Assembly (NCBI GenBank): GCA_951406725.2
Contig: OX597828.1
Coordinates: 73,222,001 to 73,286,000, forward strand
Reading direction: 5' to 3'
Origin: Octopus vulgaris
Taxonomy: Eukaryota
Length of the DNA stretch: 64,000 nt
In this document: positions 56,854 through 64,000 of the stretch, piece by piece
Position numbering within the stretch: position 1 is the stretch's first letter
Layout: every line of letters begins with the position of its first letter
Made by a program: the position numbers and the translations under genes
The notes under the pieces: model-generated
Seen by the model: the letters and a program-made list of their open reading frames with translations, nothing else
What the model was told of the DNA's origin: nothing
The model's database searches: none

Positions 56854-57925
56854 TTATTCTCTGGAAAAATAACCTCGGTGACAAATCCACACTTGGAGCC
56901 AAATTGCCCTCAGTACCAAACCACCATTAATAATAAAATAGACATAGGTGCAGGAGTGGCTGTGTGGTAGGTAGCTTGTTTACCAACCACATGGTTCCGG
57001 GTTCAGTCCCACTGCGTGGCACCTTGGGCAAGTGTCTTCTGCTATAGCCTCGGGCCAAGCAAAGACTTGTGAGTGGATTTATAAACGGAAACTGAAAGAA
57101 GCCCATCGTATATATGTATATGAATATATATGTGTGTGTGTGTGTGTCTGTGTTTGTCCCCCTAGCATTGCTTGACAACCGATGCTGGTGTGTTTGTGTC
57201 CCCGTTACTTAGCGGTTCGACAAAAGATACCGATAGAATAAGTAGTGGGCTTACAAAAGATTAAGTCCCGGGGTCGAGTTGCTTGATTAAAGGCGGTGCT
57301 CCAGCATGGCCACAGTCAAATGACTGAAATAAGTAAAAGAGTAAAAGAGAATAGGGACTTCAGGGCTCTGGATAGCAATAACACCTTGAATCTAGCACGT
57401 TACTTCCTTCCTGATAGGGTGAAGGTATCACCACTTCCGCCTTCACTGATCCTGTAAATCTCTTAGGTGCTGGTTCCAGTGATTGCTGACACGTTTTTTT
57501 TTGTTGTTCATTCTTCGATTCTAATGCATATCTACCCGCTTAAAGATGAACAAATTACGGCCATCTTTGCTAAACAGCTACACACAGCCTTTGCTTTAGG
57601 TGCAGCTCAACATTTACGGATTAACCAATCGGAGCACTTTTAATACATAGCTATTACATTACGTCAGTAAACGAGATTTTATATATATATATGTATTTCT
57701 TTACTACCCACAAGGGGCTAAACACAGAGGGGACAAACAAGGACAGACATAGGTATTAAGTCGATTACATCGACCCCAGTGCGTAACTGGTACTTTATTT
57801 ATCGACCCCGAAAGGATGAAGGGCAAAGTCGACCTCGGCGGAATTTGAACTCAGAACGTAGCGGCAGACGAAATACCGCTAAGCATTTCCCCCGGCGCGC
57901 TAACGTTTCTGCCAGCTCGCCGCCT

Positions 57926-57969
<44 letters not shown>

Positions 57970-58233
57970 GGCACGTGGCTTAGTGGTTAGGGCATTAGAT
58001 TCACGATTGTAAGGACGCAATTTCAATTCCCGGCGTCGCCTTGTGTCGTTGAGCAAGTCTCTTTATTCCGTGTTGCTCCAGTCCACTCAGCTGGCAAAAA
58101 TGAGTAGTACCTGTATTTCAAAGGGCCAGACTTGTCAAGGGTACATGTGTCTGTGGAGAGCTCAGCCACTTGCACATTAATTTCACGAGAAAGCTGTTCC
58201 GTTGATTGTAAACAGCGTGCTATTTGCATTAAG

Positions 58234-58307
<74 letters not shown>

Positions 58308-59284
58308 ATATTGGGAGTAAATCCAAACTTACAGGGAAAAATTAGATTTAGGATTAAATCTAATTTTATAGTATAAATATATATATTAAATTTAAATCCA
58401 AACTTACAGGGGGAAATTAGATCTAGGATTAAATCTAATTTTATAGTATAAATATTAATAGTGGTTTTATCTCTAATTTAATATATATATATAAATATGT
58501 ACATACATATATATAACATATATATACATATATATATATATGTATATGTATATATATAAATATATATATATGTGTGTGTGTGTGTGTGTATATGTATATA
58601 TATAAATATATATGCGCGTGTGTGTGTTCGTGTGTCTGTGTCTGTGTGTGCGCATTTATATATATATATGTATGTGTGTCTCCGTGTTATGTTGTGTCTC
58701 GCCAGCATCACTTGACAATCGCTGTTTGCCTACGTCCTCGTAATATTTGTATTTCATTAAAAGAAACGATGCATCGAGTACCAGACTTTAAAAAACTTGT
58801 ACTGATGTGTATCTGTTCGTTCATAACACTCGCAGATGCTGCTCCAGCATGGCTGGGGTTTCATTGACTGAAACAAGTAAAAGATAAAACACTCTAAATG
58901 GTTTTTTTCGTCATCAGCAATGTTGGGTTATGAAACCTGATTGGTTAAGCCTCTCACACCTCTCGCTCTGTCTATCTTCTCCCCCTCCCCTTTTTTCTTT
59001 CGTCTTTTTACGATATTATTCCGCATGTAATCAACTCTTCACAGACACCCGGCTGTTCTATCTTTTACGCGTCTATAATTAACATAGCGACTTTTGGAAA
59101 TCGATTCGATAATTATCAGGCAAAACCTAGGGTGATGTAATTAGATTTGCTACACCCCACCCCCAATATCCACAAAATAATAATAATAATAATAATAATG
59201 TTGTCTCTTGAGGTCTCTGGGTGAGACTTGGAGCCAACTTGTACAGACATAAAGCAAAAGTCAAACAGAATAATAATAATAATC

Positions 59285-59346
<62 letters not shown>

Positions 59347-59443
59347 TCAATATATGTCAGAATTAGATTTCAGGTACGTGAATTCTATAGGGTACCTTAC
59401 AAAATGCTTTGCACTATTTGTTCACGGATCTCTACGTTTTTCG
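56854..59443 (-). CDS. Possible last two coding exons (59443-59401 and 56860-56854; ...KNVEIREQIVQSILE*) of a gene entering from the right
   Basis: Acceptor ctttactgcatttcag, 43-nt exon, donor TT|GTAAGG; then acceptor ttatttttccag with compatible phase and a stop. A U-rich 3'UTR-like stretch follows to about 55560. Confidence 0.3.
56948..57350 (+). mobile_element. tRNA-derived SINE, family B, full length
   Basis: gcaggagtggctgtgtggta..ggttccgggttcagtcccactgcgtggcaccttgggcaagtg.., internal TA/TG microsatellite, tail gtaaaagagtaaaaga. Confidence 0.85.
57695..57925 (-). mobile_element. SINE family A copy
   Basis: Reverse complement closely matches 49032-49267. Confidence 0.85.
58318..58456. 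repeat. Tandem duplication of a unit of about 62 bp
   Basis: aaatccaaacttacaggg..aattaga..ggattaaatctaattttatagtataaatat occurs twice. Confidence 0.8.
59200..59270 (+). mobile_element. Extreme 3' end of the same R4/Dong-like family in (AAT)n
   Basis: ttgtctcttgaggtctctgggtgagacttggagccaacttgtaca... matches 43958-44028 and is flanked by (AAT)n. Confidence 0.7.
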
Positions 59444-59875
59444 CTGAAATGCAGTAAAGATCAACTTTGGTCGATAATTTAGAATTGTATTGTGGATCAG
59501 AAACCGAAGATATACAAATATCCAAAACGTTCGTTCGTTGTAATTTTCTCACTTCTCATAGGAAATCGAATTTGTATAATTCTTCGATTATCAACAAACA
59601 TTTATGATATAGGTTTAGCCAAAGTATACCGCCTGTTTGTATCTTAGTTTGAAAACTTAAGCGAAATATTAAATTAGAGACAGAATCTTTAGATAACAGA
59701 TTAGAATTGTAATCTCCGAAACGGTAGAAATGAGATAAGACAGGGAAAGATAACATGAAATAAACTGATGATGCAAAATATAATGAGACAGATGTTTAAA
59801 GTTTCATCTTTAATGTTTGTAATGCCGCTTAGTGTGATTCTGTATTTACCACATTAGCATTTTACCAACGCATGG

Positions 59876-59910
59876 TGTGACGTCTATATGACGTCAACGT
59901 TGACGTCACA
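59876..59910. promoter_or_regulatory. Cluster of cAMP response elements
   Basis: TGACGTCA at 59889-59896 and 59901-59908 form the 20-bp palindrome TGACGTCAACGTTGACGTCA; a near-CRE TGACGTCT lies at 59878-59885. Confidence 0.6.
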
Positions 59911-60387
59911 TTACTAACTAGTGAGTTTGTTATGAACTTAGTAGCGTTATTGAAATATGTGCTGGAGTGAAAGACTGTAAATGTGCGTGTGAGAGTGTTC
60001 ACCTGTGACTCTGTGTGTGTGTGTGCGTGTGACGAATGTGTGAATGTGTGTGCGTGTGAGTGAATCGTTATAGATAAATATATGCATGTGGACTTTACGT
60101 AAGCGCGTGTTTGCTATTGTTGATGAGGGAAGAAGTGAATGTAGTGTGTGTGCGTGTGGATGTGTGAGTGAGTGTGTGATCGATTAAGGATGTGTATGTA
60201 TCACTGAGCGTTCAGTTAATATCTGTATGCATGCGTACCTGCTTGAGTGCGTGTACGAGTGTATATGCGCGATTGCGTGTGAATGAGTGTACAGGTAAAT
60301 TAGCCTGCAAGTGTATGCATGCATATGTGTATGTAAGTGACTGAAAGGTGTATGTATAAATATGAGTTTATAAGTATATATATTTAT

Positions 60388-60430
<43 letters not shown>

Positions 60431-60803
60431 GTATGTATGTATGTACGTATGTATATATATGTGTGTGTGTGTGTGTATCTATGTCCATATTTATATCTAT
60501 ACATTGGTGTGTACTGATGACAATAATGATACAAGAACGGTGAAGAAAGGGGCGTGTCTCATAAAACGGGCTGGTTGCGTGGTTTGTTGGTAGGTTGGTA
60601 GGCTGGGTCAACCAATTGCGTAATGAAACTGTTAAACCAATTAGGCGAAACAGTTTAAACACACATAAATATGAGCGAGAACATAGACACATACGCGCAC
60701 GTATACAATCGTATATACACATGTGCACATACATGCATAGACACGAAAATTGTCAGTCGATCGAGTACTCAATAATATAGAATTTCGTATTAATACACAC
60801 ACG

Positions 60804-60842
<39 letters not shown>

Positions 60843-61120
60843 ACACACACACACATGCTCATACGTACTAAACATTTCCAACCTTGCTGTGTGCTTGTGT
60901 GCTTTTCCTCTGCATGGGTATTTGTGTGTTTATGTGTGTGTGTATCTACGTGTGTATGTGTGTGTGTGTGTGTGCGTGTGTGTGTGTATTTGTGTGTCTC
61001 TGCGTACCAGTTTCGTGCTGCGTTCTCAGAATCTATACATTGTCACTAACGTGCAATAAACGCAGGCTATGTTCGAAATTTTTGAATATACCTTGCGTTG
61101 TATAGCCATGACCATACGTA

Positions 61121-61165
<45 letters not shown>

Positions 61166-61635
61166 TATATTATGTATTTATGTGTATATGGGTGTATGTG
61201 GTGCAGATCTCCTTTAAGGCTACTGCAAACGTGTAACCCAGTACATGGCTGGTCACTTGGGGACTAAACCGACAGCTCTGTCAAGCCTGCTTGGCAAGGA
61301 GCGTGGTTCTTCATTGGACACCATGTACGAAAGAACAAAACTGTGAGAACTGTTTCTCATTGTTGAGATGTCTTTGTTCAGACATCACACTTGAAGAAGG
61401 AAAACTGTACTAACGTCTTCCATTTTGTTTGCCTCCAATGACGCAGGTAAATTCTTCTTCGGGCCAATGCAAACGCCGTACATGACCATTCCTCACTTAA
61501 AACATCTCCGGAATTTTTGGAGCATGTGTTGCGCAATACAGCTTGTTGAAGAGAAAATATAATGCTTTACAGGCACATGTCAAAGTGTGCATTACCTCTC
61601 TGAACATCTGCTGCAAGAGGCGTGCAGTATTACGA

Positions 61636-61802
61636 CATCTGAACCAAATATTGCGGGTCTCTTACAGGATTGTAAAGCTACATCCGGGGCCTTTAAGAGA
61701 ACACTCGATTTCGAGTGTTCTCTTAAAGATGAAGCGATCATGTATGCATGTATGTGTATATGTGTGTGTTTGTGTGTTTCTGTGTGTGCATGTGTGTGTA
61801 TT

Positions 61803-61843
<41 letters not shown>

Positions 61844-62335
61844 TGAAATGGAAAATGAATTATCTTGTTACGGATTATTCAAAATTTAACCGATACCTGG
61901 GTAGCAAAAATCACAACAGAAAAAACACGGTTGAGGTTACGACCATGGGGTGTCGCAACCGTGCCTTAGCGTGGATAATTGAAGGTTTTATATATTTAGT
62001 GAAGGGAAGAAATGGAGCTGAACGAAGATTCTACAAAATTCCTTTTATTATTTTCTACACATGTTTCAAAGGCTGCAAATTTCCAAATTCGGATTGAATA
62101 AGGAGACCATTTTGCAGCCTTCTCTTCAGGAAAATCCAGGAATTTAAATCTCCAAAACCAATGCGCAGCAAGCTATTCGAACGAAACGCTCCCTAGGAGC
62201 CCATGGTATGGCACCTGAACCAAATATTGCTGGTCTCTTACAGGATTGTAAAGCTACATCCGGGGCCTTTAAGAGAACACTCGATTTCGAGTGTTCTCTT
62301 AATGATGAAGCGATCATGTATGCATGTATGTGTAC
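61636..62335. repeat. Direct repeat of about 125 bp (61636-61760 and 62211-62335), each copy containing a 16-18-bp-arm palindrome
   Basis: ctgaaccaaatattgc..ctttaagagaacactcga-tt-tcgagtgttctcttaa..gatgaagcgatcatg occurs twice. Confidence 0.85.
62050..62135 (-). ncRNA. Minimal type I hammerhead ribozyme, Penelope-like-element type
   Basis: Minus strand reads ATTTTC-CTGAAGA-G-AAGGCTGCAAA..TTTGCAGCCTT-T-GAAAC-ATGT-GTA-GAAAAT: 6-bp stem I, CUGANGA and GAAA core boxes, 11-bp stem II, tiny stem III and a GUA cleavage triplet. Confidence 0.7.
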
Positions 62336-62354
62336 ATGTGTGTATTTGTGTGTC

Positions 62355-62420
<66 letters not shown>

Positions 62421-63306
62421 TATATATTTATGCGTCTATATATACATTCACACACACACACATACACACACATATATATATATACGACGGGCTTCTTTAA
62501 GTTTCCGCGTAGTAGATCCACTCCTAAGGCTTTGGTTGGCTCGTGGCTATAGTAAGGGACACTTGCAGAAGGTGCCACGCAGTGGGAGTATTGTTGGGGA
62601 AGGAGTTTCCTTTGAAAGAATTGGTATATATTGAGCATATAGTTCATATCCAGTTAAATTAAGAAAAGAAAACGGAGAGTTGAAAAGTAACAATTATTTA
62701 TCATTAACAATTAGGTAATGTTCACTCCTTACAGCCGTTTCCATTAGTACTCAATAATTAAATTACAAATGTTATGAGCATAGTTTCATCCTTAAGATGT
62801 TATATGTCGACCTATCAGTTCATAGCAGCAGACTAAATATGATTTATTGTTTTGTTATTATTGTGCGAGGGGTAAGGGGTTGATAAGAATATAATGATGA
62901 ATATAGTAAAATAAAGAAAAATAGAAAAGTAAAAATAGAACTAAACGATAATATAACTAAAAATATACAGTGTGTTAAAAGAATTGAAATATTCATTTAT
63001 GACCTATAAATAAAGAGTATAAAGCACACACATGTATGTGTGTGTGTATATATATATATATCGAATTAGATATATATATATATAGATGTGGTAAGTAGCT
63101 TGCTTACCAACTATATGGCTCCGGATTCAGTCCTACTGCGTGACATCTTGGGCAAGTGTCTCCTACTATAACCTCAGTCTGACCAAAGCCTTGTGAGTGA
63201 ATTTGGTAGACGGAAACTGAAAGAAGCCCATCGTATATATATATACATATTTCGTTTTTCTTGTTTCAGCTCAGAGCTGCGGCCATGCTGATGCACCGCC
63301 GTTGTA

Positions 63307-63338
<32 letters not shown>

Positions 63339-63558
63339 CATAGAGAGAGAGAGAGAGAGAGACATATGTGTGTGTGTTTGTGTGTGTATCTGTATGTGTG
63401 TATATAGACAGAGAGAGCGAGAGAGAGAGAGAGACCACGAGGCAGTGAGTGGACGGTGGTTTGGCTTCTACTTCTGATGTGGTTGAGGTCTCATGGATGT
63501 TTCCGGAATCGATTTGGGTGGCTCCCGTCATCAAAAATATCAAACCCCTTTATAGAAT

Positions 63559-63611
63559 TGCCGAGATGCAGTTTTATGCAGTTAAGTACTACGTAAAACT
63601 GCATCTCGGCA
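63559..63611. repeat. 53-nt hairpin
   Basis: TGCCGAGATGCAGTTTTATGCAGT-TAAGT-ACTACGTAAAACTGCATCTCGGCA forms a 24-bp stem with 2 imperfect pairs. Confidence 0.8.
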
Positions 63612-64000
63612 CTCAAGGACTGCATCAAGTATTTCTTGTGACGTAGTATTTTTCTCCATTGTTCTCTGTATTTACTTATCTTTATGGACTACTTATACCA
63701 CATAGTATAATTAAAAAGATGTTTTGGAACACGTGGTTACGTTTAGTTAGAGCACAAATTGATTAACAGCTACAACATAACATTGTAACTTTAAGAGAAC
63801 TAACAAATAATAAATGTAATAAATATTTCATTGGTCGTCGGGAAGAGATAAAAAAAAAGTTTGTAAGATTCCCATCAATCAACATATGTGCTGGACATGG
63901 TGTGCCTGATCTTTAGCAGCCGAAAGCCACTACTCTTTCTTAAACAAATTATAATGTCTTTAGAGATTTAGATAAGTTCGTCTTACAGAAGTAAATGTCG

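Overview
AT-rich, microsatellite-dense eukaryotic genomic DNA, most likely an octopus or other coleoid cephalopod (inferred from the SINE families, repeat landscape and peptide types). The main feature is a minus-strand neuropeptide locus. One 27-codon signal-peptide exon (19956-19875, absent from the ORF track) ends in a phase-1 donor. It can be joined in frame to either of two large phase-1 exons: a xMEFLamide (EFLamide/TRH-like) exon at 17598-16817 or a giant PXFVamide-type exon at 15500-10462 with roughly 120 or more DPMFV/DPMFI/DPFFV-amide copies (estimate). Phase-1 donors inside the EFL exon would also allow a fused precursor. I also assembled a probable 4-exon uncharacterised gene (41054-34066, minus), and found tentative gene ends at 1918-1944 and 56854-59443. 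Other features are a minimal hammerhead ribozyme (62050-62135), a palindromic CRE cluster (59876-59910), several long inverted repeats, a decayed DD37D-type transposon, (TAA)n-flanked R4/Dong LINE fragments, RTE fragments and many tRNA-derived SINEs. Almost all other ORFs in the track are microsatellite or antisense artefacts. All gene models were derived by eye and need transcript support.
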